The notes below the pieces were generated by a model. It ran no database searches. It saw only the letters and a list, made by a program, of their open reading frames with translations, and was not told the DNA's origin. 64,000 nucleotides of DNA from a virus. The DNA is taken from IMG/VR virus record IMGVR_UViG_3300042673_002246, one strand, 5' to 3'. Of the stretch, positions 1 to 9,920 are shown piece by piece. A program made the position numbers and the translations under genes. Position 1 is the first letter of the stretch. Each line of letters begins with the position of its first letter.

Positions 1-362
1 TCACAGCCTCTGTAGAAAAAATCTACGAGGGTGGAAAGTCTCGCCCAACAGTTCTGTGTGCTCCTTCTGAAATAGGTGACATCACCTTGACAGCCCACTA
101 CGACGACGATAACGTCGCAGCCGATACGGCTGCAGGTATTGCGGCAAAGATTCAGACGCTGCGCAAGTATGTCGGTGTTGCTTACTACAACATTACGGTA
201 TCTACTTACGACTGCGACATCAAGGACCCAACAAACGACCGCTACTACTACGATGCGCTGTTGGTTGGTATTACGGAGCCAGAGGGCGACTCGTCCTCGG
301 GTGCTCCAGCTACCTTTGCTTTGACTTTCGCAATCTCAGACGTAACGTCAACATCTCGCTAA
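1..362 (+). CDS. Tail tube protein (T4 gp19-like, contractile tail), 5'-truncated
   Basis: The frame is open from nt 3 (TASVEKIYEGGKSRPTVLCAPSEIGDITLTAHYD...). The EKIYEGG...GDITLT pattern and the position before chaperone and tape measure fit a tube protein. Confidence 0.7.
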   Translation, partial: TASVEKIYEGGKSRPTVLCAPSEIGDITLTAHYDDDNVAADTAAGIAAKIQTLRKYVGVAYYNITVSTYDCDIKDPTNDRYYYDALLVGITEPEGDSSSGAPATFALTFAISDVTSTSR

Positions 363-410
363 ATTTGCTAGTTGCGCCACGAGGCGCACTGGTGTGATAG
401 TTTCTCATAC

Positions 411-962
411 ATGAGCGACAACACACTTTACACATCAGACGAAAACGAGCCAGCACGCAAGAAGGCAACAAAGGATGCTCAGTCATCCGGCCTTGTGCAG
501 ACCAAGGAAGAGTCACAACTAGAGCGTCTTCGCGCTGTGGTGAAGAAGAAGGTTGAACGTTCCTACGTTCTTATCCCTGTTCCGGAACGACCTGGCGTGA
601 GCATCAAAGTGAGCCCAAATATCACGCAAAGCCAAATGAAGAATTGGCGCAAAAATGCAGGTGAAGATTCGCGCAACGGTCTCGATGCAACAAAGTTTGC
701 TTGCTTGGTTATCGGTCACACCGCAACCGGAATCTTTATTGACGACGAAGAGGTGTTTGACGAAAATGGCAATTTCTTGAATTTCGCACATCCGATAATT
801 CTCGAAATGACAGAGGCAGCACGCCCTGTTCCAGACGCAGTTCGTGCGATGTTTGGCGTTGACCCACACGTGGAGTCTGCAGCACTTGCAATTCTTGATG
901 CCGCTGGATATTCGGATACGGTCGCAGCAGTGGACCCTACGAAGGAGTCTTCAGCGAATTAG
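411..962 (+). CDS. Tail assembly chaperone (G-like)
   Basis: Lies between tube and tape measure. ATG 411 (MSDNTLY) is preferred over the 372 start because a TGnTAGTTT element ends 7 nt upstream. Confidence 0.7.
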   Translation: MSDNTLYTSDENEPARKKATKDAQSSGLVQTKEESQLERLRAVVKKKVERSYVLIPVPERPGVSIKVSPNITQSQMKNWRKNAGEDSRNGLDATKFACLVIGHTATGIFIDDEEVFDENGNFLNFAHPIILEMTEAARPVPDAVRAMFGVDPHVESAALAILDAAGYSDTVAAVDPTKESSAN

Positions 963-1132
963 TTGAAGATTCCGCAATAAAGTCAGCAGCTCGACTCGGT
1001 GAGCTGTTCCACACAAATCCGCTAGACCTATTGGCTGTAGAGGATGTTGACTGGTTGATGCTTTTGGCCTGTGCTAAAGTTATATCTAACGACCGCGAAG
1101 AGCAAGAGCGTAAGTCGAAGACTCAGAGGTAG
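932..1132 (+). CDS. Tail assembly chaperone C-terminal extension (GT-like, -1 frame, no own start)
   Basis: The -1 frame is open across the G stop: GPYEGVFSELVEDSAIKSAARLGELFHTNPLDLLAVEDVDWLMLLACAKVISNDREEQERKSKTQR*. It is not in the ORF track. Confidence 0.6.
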   Translation, partial: GPYEGVFSELVEDSAIKSAARLGELFHTNPLDLLAVEDVDWLMLLACAKVISNDREEQERKSKTQR

Positions 1133-1207
1133 TACGGGAAACCCCAGAAACCCCATAGCTCGGCAGTTCCTTACACTCACGTGACTTAAAACTCACCTGG
1201 AGCAGTA

Positions 1208-4200
1208 ATGGCCGACGAGACAGTCAATATAAAAATAAAGATTGATGCGAAGACTCGTGAACTTCGCAAGGTCATGGCTGAGCTTGGCGCGCTCAAGAAG
1301 ATGGAGCGCCGTTTTGCTAGCGGTAGAACCATTGAAAACTACGCCCAATCCACCACCCGAAGTATTTCAGGTATGGCGTCAAAGTGGAAACGCAGTTTCG
1401 ATGAAATAGATGCTGCTACCAAGATGACTGGAAAGTTTCTTGGTGGCTTCTTGAAGCTCGCCATTAAGAGCGTAATTATAGAAATGGCGCTACTTTCAGC
1501 AACAATGATTGGAGTTCACGCACTCTTCAAGGCTGGTCAATTCTTGGTCAAGGCGTACCAAGGAGCTATGCAGTTTTTAGCTGGTGGGGCTGCCGCAGCT
1601 GCGATGGCAATAGGAACAGTTGCTGCAGCAATACGTGAGCAGCAGGCAGCAATGTTTGCATATAGAGGAAAGGGAGCAAAAGAGTTCGGTTCATCCATGA
1701 ATCAAACGAGAATGGCAATGCGAAACCTTCAATCAGATGTTTCGCTTGCAGGACTTGGTGTCGATTCGCTGAACAAGGCATTTGGCGTTATGTCTAAGAC
1801 CATGAATATGGCGCAGATAAATGCGAGCAATAAAACAATCCGAGCTTTGATGGATTTTGGTTCAGCAGGACAGGACCCAGCAAAAGCTGTTGAACAAGTT
1901 GCCGCAGTAGTCGCTGCTCTCTCTGACCAGAAAAAGGGAATCGGCGAGGTAATGGCCGAAGCAAAAAAACTCGGTCCAGAAATGCAAAAAGCACTGAAAG
2001 ATGCGAATATTAAAACGAAAGACCAGTTTAAAGAGCTTTTATTTTCTGGAAAGCTTGCTGAAAAAGGAGGTGTTGCTGGACAGTTTGAAGCAGTAAACAA
2101 CACACTCATCGGACAACTTAAAGCATATTTCGGAGTAATCCGTAGCGAATTTGCAGACTTCGGCGACCAGTTCCTTGAGCCAACCAAAAAAGCATTTGAA
2201 GAAGTATTTGGGATTATACGAAGAGACCTTGCTCGAGCAAGCGCAGCAATTGCCGGAGGTCCTGGATTCGATTCATTTACCGGTGGTTTTGTAACGGCAA
2301 TAGACAAGCTGTCCAACTGGATGGTCACGATGTTGCGGGAGTATTTACCAAAAGCACAAGGAATGTTTGAAAGAATGGGCAATTGGTTTTCTAACTTCCG
2401 CCGTGGTTGGAACTTGCTTCTCGATAAGCTACGACCTCTCATAGATGGCGCTAGAGTTTTGTACAAAGCGTGGGACCCAATCTGGGAAGCCATTAAGCGT
2501 GGCGCAGACAACCTTACTCTTTTCAGAGAATTGCTTATCAAGAATGAAGACAGTGTTGCCGAATTTGGGCAGCGCATAGGCGACTTGATTGACAGCTTGG
2601 CTAAATATTTCATGAACATGAAAAAAATGTTTGCTGACATGGCTCCTTTTATAAACGACCTTCTCGCCGGAGTAAAAATGATGTTCGACCTTTTGTCGAA
2701 AATGCAAACTCTCGGTGCTGGAAATGGTCTTGCGTCCGCCCTTGCGCCTCTATTTGGTTTTGCTATAGCGGCACGAGGAATGAAGAGCGTTAAGGGCATG
2801 ATGATGCCTGGCGTCGGCGCAATGAGTACCCAGCAAATGAACGTAACAGCAGGAACAGTAAATGTTGGAAGTGCTGCACTTACAGGACCAACTGGCCCTT
2901 CGGAAATGTCAAGACTCGCCAGCGGAGGAAGGGCTGCAGCTGTCAGTGGTTCGCCGGAAGCAAAAAAGGGTCTCGCCTCAGGACTGGCTACTGCTGGTAT
3001 GGCATCGAAAGCTGGAGGTTCACCGAAAGAATTTCCAGGAGCTGGCTCCATTACTCCATCCACCGGATTCTTTCAGGCCCTTGGCATAGGGTATCGAGAG
3101 CCAACCAATAACGGGATGGCAGCAGCAACAGCCCGAAGGATTGAGGGATACGCACGGCGTCGCGATGCTGCGCTCGGGTTTACAACTGGCCCTGGCATTG
3201 GTTCGCGAATTGGTGCATCAATCATGGCACGCACTAGGGACTATGCATCAGCAGCAGCAATGACCCCGGCAGAAAGGGGTGGTCTCAGCGCATCAGAATA
3301 TGCCGCTGGCGGAGTTGGTGGTGGCGCTACATACGGAGAAGCAATGCGCAACTCAATGACGAGGGCCGGAGCGCATGTTCGTTATGGGGCACTTGCAGGA
3401 GCCGATAGGGCTCAACTATTTGCGCGAAGAGTTGGTACTGCTGCTTCACGCGGCATGGACTACATGAGACAGGCTGCATATGACCCAAATCTAAAAAATG
3501 CTGACGGACAAACCGTGGGTGGATATGTAAACCTCCAGGAACAAAGAAATGCCATACGAGCAAACCGAGATTCAGCAATCGATGCACGCGGCGGAAAATT
3601 TCTCGCAAGGCAAGCAGAAAATATACGTGCCATGCGACAGAATTTACGCTTAGAAAGAAACATGACAAAATTCGGTGCAGCGCAGCAGAAATTCGGTAAG
3701 AGCTTCGGTGGTCGAATGGGTACTGCGATGGGGCTTGGAATGGCCAGCCAGTATGCGCCAGAAGAAATGCGTGGAGCAATGGCGCTCGGCGCAACCGTAT
3801 CGCAGCTTGACCCGCGACTTGGTATCGCGGTAGCTGGTATAGGTGGCGCCATGACTGCTCGTGGCGGACTCAAAGGCGGCCTTGCTGGAGCAGCTGGCGG
3901 AGCAGCGCTCGGCGCGCAGTTCGGAGGAGCATACGGAGCACTGGCTGGTGCGGTAATCGGAGGAGTATTTGGCGTAATCAAAGGCAGCATAAATAAAGGT
4001 GCTTATGAAATGAAGCAAGCCAGAGAAGTAGCTCGTGAAAGTATCAGGCAAATATTTTCCGGCATTGCAACTGCTGCTGGAACACAATTTGAAAGAAATA
4101 AAAGAACATACGAAGCTGGCGGCATGTTAAGCGGTGGCGGTGCGTTCGGCGATGTCGCCAAAGATTTTGTTTCCAGGAGGATGCGTGCAGCCACGGGAAT

Positions 4201-5920
4201 ACTCGCAATCTCAAGAACACAAAAACAAAAGGATTTGTATGGGAAGGGTGGCGGTCAAAAAACAATTGAAGAAGTCTTTCAGGAAGTATATGCAAATCAA
4301 GAGAAGCTAGGAATCAGCATTCCAAAAAGCAAATACGAAGAAATAATGGGCAAGGGCAAATCCGGCAGAGATAAGCGTGCATATGGGTTTTTGAATGAAC
4401 TTGGTTTTTCAGGTGTACAAGACGATAATCCATTTTTTCCAGATGACTACAGCAGTATGGAAAATGCAAGCATTGATGCAAAATTTCTTGCAAAAATGCA
4501 AGGATTTAAAGACATAGACAAGCAGGGCGACCTGCGCATGCAGTACCTTACAAAAATCACTGGAAAAAGCGGTGCGGAATTAGAAATTCTTGCAAAAAAT
4601 CTTGGTGTAAACATATACGACCCGACGGTTAAATTCAATGAATTGTTAAAAGCGCTTGGCGAGAATGTTGTGAAAACAGCGCAAGAACTCAAAAATGCAT
4701 TTGTTGATTTGTTCCTTGCAGCTGGAGATATATTTAGAAAACGTCGTGAAGGAAGAGAGTCCATACTTGCAATAAATTCTTCATCTCGAGGCCTTCGAGA
4801 CACGCTTGTTTCAGGAGGCTTGAGTGATACAGAAAAAACTGTTGCCGTAGAAGGTTATTTTGAAAATTATTTCCAGCAGATATTGGCCTCAACCGGTGGA
4901 GACCCTGTCGAAGCTTATCTTGCCACAGTTGGTTCATTTGGTACAGAAGGACAGGGCGTATATGCGCCTGGTCAGGTATTCGAGGGACAATATGGGGCCA
5001 TTAATCCAAGCTACCAAACTGGAATACAAGAAGTTAAAAAAGGAATAGGAAATCAATACGGTGGTCAATTGCAGGCCATGCTTGGAGAATTAGGTTTTAA
5101 CACTGACGCAAATATGGCTTCTCGACTAATCAGCGGTTTGAGCGACCAGGATATGACGAAGTTCTTGAATCTAACAAATAGGGGTGCGCTATTTACTGGA
5201 GATAAAGGCGACTATACAGACGAGGACATAAGAAACATTCTATCGACGGTTGGTCTTGGTGGACTAGCGCTTGAACGGACACCAGAAGAAGCACTTAATG
5301 AAATTGCCAACAAGACTGCCGACTTAGCTACGGCATCAGAAGGACTGAAGTCCGCAGTTGAAGAATTCAATGGATACCTAGATGGATTCTTTGAAAACAT
5401 GCAGGATAAACCAGAGTGGTGGTCAAAGTCTGCAATGGCTGAAATTATGAACCAGGACACCACAACTCCGCGTGGTGATACAACTTCAAGCAGGCTTTCG
5501 CAGACAATGGCCCGTCACGCAGCAATGGACAGCCAACTAACTGGCAAACGAAACGTAACATCCGCCTACAGAACAGTCGGACTTGGCTCAATCAATTCAG
5601 ACCATGTAACCGGAAGAGCGTATGACCTTACTGGCCAAAACCTTGGCGCATACTCGCGTCTTGTTCACGAAAACGGCGGGTTTGCAGAGTTCCACGGAAC
5701 GCAAGCAAATCGACACCTACATGTAGTCCCAGCTAGAGCTGGAGACACTTCATCTCCCATGGCGCCTATGGGGATGTCAACAATGACAGCAGGTAGTGGT
5801 GGAAGCACAAACTACTTCAACATCGAGATTAATGGAGCAACGCAGTCACCAGAGGCAATCGCAAACATGGTGATGGCAAAGATTGCTGAAAAAGAAAGAA
5901 ACGCCAGGGAGCGTAGCTAA
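1208..5920 (+). CDS. Tape measure protein with C-terminal M15-like zinc peptidase domain
   Basis: 1570 aa, Ala/Gly-rich helical sequence, follows the chaperone. The C-terminus has SAYR...SDHVTGRAYD...HLHV (H-x6-D plus HxH). Confidence 0.85.
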   Translation: MADETVNIKIKIDAKTRELRKVMAELGALKKMERRFASGRTIENYAQSTTRSISGMASKWKRSFDEIDAATKMTGKFLGGFLKLAIKSVIIEMALLSATMIGVHALFKAGQFLVKAYQGAMQFLAGGAAAAAMAIGTVAAAIREQQAAMFAYRGKGAKEFGSSMNQTRMAMRNLQSDVSLAGLGVDSLNKAFGVMSKTMNMAQINASNKTIRALMDFGSAGQDPAKAVEQVAAVVAALSDQKKGIGEVMAEAKKLGPEMQKALKDANIKTKDQFKELLFSGKLAEKGGVAGQFEAVNNTLIGQLKAYFGVIRSEFADFGDQFLEPTKKAFEEVFGIIRRDLARASAAIAGGPGFDSFTGGFVTAIDKLSNWMVTMLREYLPKAQGMFERMGNWFSNFRRGWNLLLDKLRPLIDGARVLYKAWDPIWEAIKRGADNLTLFRELLIKNEDSVAEFGQRIGDLIDSLAKYFMNMKKMFADMAPFINDLLAGVKMMFDLLSKMQTLGAGNGLASALAPLFGFAIAARGMKSVKGMMMPGVGAMSTQQMNVTAGTVNVGSAALTGPTGPSEMSRLASGGRAAAVSGSPEAKKGLASGLATAGMASKAGGSPKEFPGAGSITPSTGFFQALGIGYREPTNNGMAAATARRIEGYARRRDAALGFTTGPGIGSRIGASIMARTRDYASAAAMTPAERGGLSASEYAAGGVGGGATYGEAMRNSMTRAGAHVRYGALAGADRAQLFARRVGTAASRGMDYMRQAAYDPNLKNADGQTVGGYVNLQEQRNAIRANRDSAIDARGGKFLARQAENIRAMRQNLRLERNMTKFGAAQQKFGKSFGGRMGTAMGLGMASQYAPEEMRGAMALGATVSQLDPRLGIAVAGIGGAMTARGGLKGGLAGAAGGAALGAQFGGAYGALAGAVIGGVFGVIKGSINKGAYEMKQAREVARESIRQIFSGIATAAGTQFERNKRTYEAGGMLSGGGAFGDVAKDFVSRRMRAATGILAISRTQKQKDLYGKGGGQKTIEEVFQEVYANQEKLGISIPKSKYEEIMGKGKSGRDKRAYGFLNELGFSGVQDDNPFFPDDYSSMENASIDAKFLAKMQGFKDIDKQGDLRMQYLTKITGKSGAELEILAKNLGVNIYDPTVKFNELLKALGENVVKTAQELKNAFVDLFLAAGDIFRKRREGRESILAINSSSRGLRDTLVSGGLSDTEKTVAVEGYFENYFQQILASTGGDPVEAYLATVGSFGTEGQGVYAPGQVFEGQYGAINPSYQTGIQEVKKGIGNQYGGQLQAMLGELGFNTDANMASRLISGLSDQDMTKFLNLTNRGALFTGDKGDYTDEDIRNILSTVGLGGLALERTPEEALNEIANKTADLATASEGLKSAVEEFNGYLDGFFENMQDKPEWWSKSAMAEIMNQDTTTPRGDTTSSRLSQTMARHAAMDSQLTGKRNVTSAYRTVGLGSINSDHVTGRAYDLTGQNLGAYSRLVHENGGFAEFHGTQANRHLHVVPARAGDTSSPMAPMGMSTMTAGSGGSTNYFNIEINGATQSPEAIANMVMAKIAEKERNARERS

Positions 5921-7455
5921 TGGCCTCAACCGGAACAATCAGACTCTTTACTATTGGGTATACGGCTTCAGATTCGTTAAGCCTATTTAAGAACTACCCA
6001 CTTAAAAGAAAGTATATTCAAGTCGAAAATACGTCAACACCTGTTTTCCCGGAATCGTATTCTCTCGTGTCTGCGCAAAAATACTGGTTTCCATTTGCTG
6101 AAGTAACACCATCTGACGAAGAATACATAACATATACAAACGGGGATGAATATACATTTAGTGAACCAGACTTTCAACGGACCCCAGAGAATTCAGCAAA
6201 TCCGAATAAGAATAAAGTAAATGACTATTCTGTCGGAGCAAGAATAGTTTTTGGAAACGAAGTCTACGAGGCAGTAAATTACAAATTCAACTGGTCAGAC
6301 ACTGAGTTTGACTATTCAAAAAATCCATATCTTTCTGATTCCATTTATAAATGGAAAAAACTCAGCGACTCATCTAACACTTGGATACAGTATTGGTATC
6401 ATCCACAGTTAAAAAGATTCTTCCCATTGGCCAACACAAACGCGCTTCAGTCATTGCCGGACGTTGGGGACTTTGACGCATCAAAATGGTCATCTTTTAT
6501 AGGTGACTCAGCAGACTTGAATTTGACGAATTTTACTAATTCGCAGATAAAAGAACTCGTGTCTGGTGGGCTATCTCTTCTTGCAGCTAAAACGATAGTA
6601 CTTGATGCTGATACACGAATTTCTAAAATATATAGCGGAACGATTGCCATGGATACGTTGCGCAAAACCGGAGCAATACAGAACTACGAAAATGGATTAA
6701 GCACAAGTGGAACAACGGTTGTGGTATCTAAATCAACCGGTGGCTCAGAAGGGGAGGGTGGTGACTACTCATACTCCCTAGACCAGCCCCAGATGGTGCA
6801 GTTTTACAATAATCCAGATGGTTCAACAGCCCCAAGACCAGCACGTTTTGTTTTCGATTATCGCCCAAATAACGTTTCATATTCAAACATTGGCGCTGAA
6901 TGGACCGAGATTCCGCGAGTAAATAATACGCCTTTTGTTGACTTCAAGAACTTCAAACTAATGAAGATTAGTTTCGAATTTTTGGTTGGCGACAACAACA
7001 ACATCTTCACCTCATGTGACGAAAAATTACGTGAACTTCGTACTATGGCCATGCGGCCAGAACCTGTCATATTTTTAGGTTTTGACTCAATGTTCACCGA
7101 GCAACTCACCTACCCAACTTGGACCGGTGGAAGTGGAATCGTTTTTGCAATTGTCGATATGTCAATTACTTCTGTTCAGCGAACAAGGTCAAGTAATGAT
7201 TCTGTATTTAGCCAGACACCAACAGGTGAAATAAACAGAGCAACAGTAAATATGTCAATTTTAGAATTGCCTCTAGAAACGCCGCTTATAGCAGTACTTC
7301 CAAAAATTACTCCAAGTACTTCAACTCCCGGAGGAACAACCAACAATCCAGATGACTTATGCACTCAGATATTCACTAAAAATCCAGGAATACCAGCGAA
7401 TATTCGCGCAAAAATGCTGTCTACTGCTGGATGCCCTGGAATCCCAACTAAATAA
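5920..7455 (+). CDS. Baseplate/tube-initiator-like tail protein
   Basis: Coupled to the tape measure (TAATG). The C-half (FDYRPNNVSYS...WTEIPRVNNTP...ISFEFLV) resembles tube-initiator domains. Confidence 0.55.
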   Translation: MASTGTIRLFTIGYTASDSLSLFKNYPLKRKYIQVENTSTPVFPESYSLVSAQKYWFPFAEVTPSDEEYITYTNGDEYTFSEPDFQRTPENSANPNKNKVNDYSVGARIVFGNEVYEAVNYKFNWSDTEFDYSKNPYLSDSIYKWKKLSDSSNTWIQYWYHPQLKRFFPLANTNALQSLPDVGDFDASKWSSFIGDSADLNLTNFTNSQIKELVSGGLSLLAAKTIVLDADTRISKIYSGTIAMDTLRKTGAIQNYENGLSTSGTTVVVSKSTGGSEGEGGDYSYSLDQPQMVQFYNNPDGSTAPRPARFVFDYRPNNVSYSNIGAEWTEIPRVNNTPFVDFKNFKLMKISFEFLVGDNNNIFTSCDEKLRELRTMAMRPEPVIFLGFDSMFTEQLTYPTWTGGSGIVFAIVDMSITSVQRTRSSNDSVFSQTPTGEINRATVNMSILELPLETPLIAVLPKITPSTSTPGGTTNNPDDLCTQIFTKNPGIPANIRAKMLSTAGCPGIPTK

Positions 7456-7464
7456 TGAGAACGA

Positions 7465-9204
7465 ATGGCTGCTGACCTAACAACATTTGCTGGATGGCGC
7501 TACTCCCGTCAGTATAGGGGGCCATACCAGGGGAAGATTCTTATTGCCGACCTGTCAAACACGTCATCAAATGGTTATGCGGACATTTCAAAACTTGTTA
7601 CAAGTGTGAATGTTAGCTATTCGATGGATATGGCCTCTCAGTTGAGCTTTGAGCTGGTGGACCCAGAGCTACGCATGTCAGGACAAAATTTTTTCACTCT
7701 GGGCAGGGACATAATATATGAAACGCAAACACTTGGACGCATAGATGACGGGTCGGGAAGTGCTGCGCTCGTTAAACAGTTGTTTGAGATTTCCAAGGTG
7801 ACAGTATCCCAGGGCCCTGGCAGTAGTCCTACTTTTAGTATTGATTGCTACTCCAAGGCGATACAGCAAATGAAGAGAGATAAACGACCCGACACAATCA
7901 AAGGGCAAGGAACGGATTTCGTTAGGCGTGCAGCTGCAAAATACGGTTTAAAGTTTTACGGACAAGAAACAACAAAGAAGCAAAATATAACAAAAGCTTC
8001 TGGAGAAAAACAAGCAGAATCATTGTGGGATGTAATTACCCGTCTTGCTGGAGATGCAAAATTTGTTTGTTTTGAAACTGATGGATATTTAATATTTGCA
8101 TCAGAACAATTTCTTCTTCATAAATGGGGCACCAACGCAAGACAGGTACCGAAGTTTACTGTTGACAAAACAACTGGCCAAAAGAAACAAACTGGTAAAA
8201 AAACGCAACGATGGATACCCCTTCAGTATCCTAATCAAAGTACGCCTCAATTTCAGTATCTTGGTACACCAGGGTATTTTAAGTTGACACAATACCCAAG
8301 CATCACGAAGTCTGACAATGACCCGTATGCCGCAGATGGCTCCTGTGTTGTTGAGAGAACCAACGGAACGCAGATTCGACCAGGCATGACGGCGTATGTT
8401 GGCAACGTTCCGAACATGTCGGGTTTTTATATAATCGAATCTGTTTCATTTGACGAGATGTCTTCAGAGCCAGTAAGCGTCTCTTTTAGAACGCCGCAGC
8501 GTGATGAAGAAAAGAATAAACCAAAACTTCTGCCAATTGGCGTCACGTATCAACAAACATACGTTCCGTTTGCTGGGACACAGACCACTCCAGTAACTGT
8601 GGTCCAATCTGCAAAAAACGCAACAGGGAAAAAGATTACTTCAGAATCACTGGATGCACGCTTACTCCCGATACCTGACCAATCAAACCAATTGCGTTAC
8701 CCAAGAATGCAGTATGCAAACCTGACCATTACCTACCCAATGCTCAAGGGGGCAATAGCACAAGGCGGAGCAGGCCAAGCAAGCACAAATGATGCCGATT
8801 CAGTTCTATATACAGGCAACATAAATCTTTTCTCGCGTCCAGTTCTTCCATCAGGGTCTGATGCTCTGACAATATTTTCAATTACATACGAGTTTGAATT
8901 CGGAAGTGAATGGAGGGCAGTATTGCTCCCGGCCATATATACACAGGGTGGCGTGGCCGTACTAAAGAGCAGCGCAGAAGTAATAGCTAAATATAACGCT
9001 GACGGGGGATATCTTGGAACAGCAAAATACCTTGCTGTTGTTCGTGGTGAAACTAAGCAAAAAGCTATCTTGAATGCTCGTGATTATGCATATTTACTAT
9101 CCAAACAGCAGTCTCTGATACTAGATAAGCGTTTTCCTGAATACTCTGGGTCACGTGGTTCTATTCCAAATACGGCAGGCGATTCGACATCGCTATGGGT
9201 CTAG
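7465..9204 (+). CDS. Baseplate hub protein (gpD/gp27-like)
   Basis: Position in the operon and motifs SQLSFELVDP, ESLWDVITRLA, IRPGMT, GFYIIESV. Confidence 0.65.
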   Translation: MAADLTTFAGWRYSRQYRGPYQGKILIADLSNTSSNGYADISKLVTSVNVSYSMDMASQLSFELVDPELRMSGQNFFTLGRDIIYETQTLGRIDDGSGSAALVKQLFEISKVTVSQGPGSSPTFSIDCYSKAIQQMKRDKRPDTIKGQGTDFVRRAAAKYGLKFYGQETTKKQNITKASGEKQAESLWDVITRLAGDAKFVCFETDGYLIFASEQFLLHKWGTNARQVPKFTVDKTTGQKKQTGKKTQRWIPLQYPNQSTPQFQYLGTPGYFKLTQYPSITKSDNDPYAADGSCVVERTNGTQIRPGMTAYVGNVPNMSGFYIIESVSFDEMSSEPVSVSFRTPQRDEEKNKPKLLPIGVTYQQTYVPFAGTQTTPVTVVQSAKNATGKKITSESLDARLLPIPDQSNQLRYPRMQYANLTITYPMLKGAIAQGGAGQASTNDADSVLYTGNINLFSRPVLPSGSDALTIFSITYEFEFGSEWRAVLLPAIYTQGGVAVLKSSAEVIAKYNADGGYLGTAKYLAVVRGETKQKAILNARDYAYLLSKQQSLILDKRFPEYSGSRGSIPNTAGDSTSLWV

Positions 9205-9215
9205 GAGGATAAGCA

Positions 9216-9596
9216 ATGGCTCGTAATAGACCGGACATCGTTGATAATCAAAAAGCATCATCGCACCCGCTTAAGGCTGGTCGGATATTCACAGCAAATG
9301 TAACGGCAGTCAATAGTTCTGGGCAAATTAGTGTTTCCATTCCTGCTATTGGTTCAACATACGGTCCGATTACTCCAATTGGAACAACAACTCTTAACAA
9401 ATACTCAGTTGGAGATGTAGTGAAATGTTCATTCACGGATGAGTTCTTTAATGAAATAATGGTTTATGGGTCTGCAAAAATAAAAGCCGACGTTTATGCC
9501 TCAAAAGTTCTTTTTGAGCAATTGCAGGCAACCGTTAGCGCTCTTCAGACGCAAGTGGCAAATCTTCAAAGTCAACTTAATTCGCATAGTCATTAG
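9216..9596 (+). CDS. Baseplate spike-like protein (OB-fold plus coiled coil)
   Basis: After the hub and before gp25-like gene; AGGAGG RBS; coiled-coil C-terminus ending HSH. Confidence 0.5.
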   Translation: MARNRPDIVDNQKASSHPLKAGRIFTANVTAVNSSGQISVSIPAIGSTYGPITPIGTTTLNKYSVGDVVKCSFTDEFFNEIMVYGSAKIKADVYASKVLFEQLQATVSALQTQVANLQSQLNSHSH

Positions 9597-9607
9597 GAGG
9601 TGAAAAG

Positions 9608-9913
9608 ATGGACATGATTCAATTCCCGGTTCAATTTGATTCGACTGGTTTTAAAAAGCTAAGAGACGGAACAACTGACTATTATGCACAATTGCTTTCA
9701 ATTATTATTCTTACAGAACCAATGACCCATCCATTCACTCCAGCTTTTGGTGCTAACGACCCTGCGTTTAGGACTGTAGATAAAGGGCTATTTGTTTTAA
9801 ATGCGTCGAGGTATGTTCCAGAAATAAGAATAACCAATTTATCAACAACATCAAACGAAGGAAACACTGGTAAAACCAAAGTTTCTTTCGCTTTTGAAAT
9901 ACAAAGCTCGTAG
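9608..9913 (+). CDS. Baseplate wedge gp25/gpW-like
   Basis: 101 aa with P-x-FG and YVPEIRI motifs; immediately before baseplate J. Confidence 0.7.
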   Translation: MDMIQFPVQFDSTGFKKLRDGTTDYYAQLLSIIILTEPMTHPFTPAFGANDPAFRTVDKGLFVLNASRYVPEIRITNLSTTSNEGNTGKTKVSFAFEIQSS

Positions 9914-9920
9914 GTTTAAA

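Noticed and set aside
1729-3063. 444-aa antisense ORF
   Set aside because: Shadow of the tape measure gene; no motifs, and codon bias explains the lack of stops.
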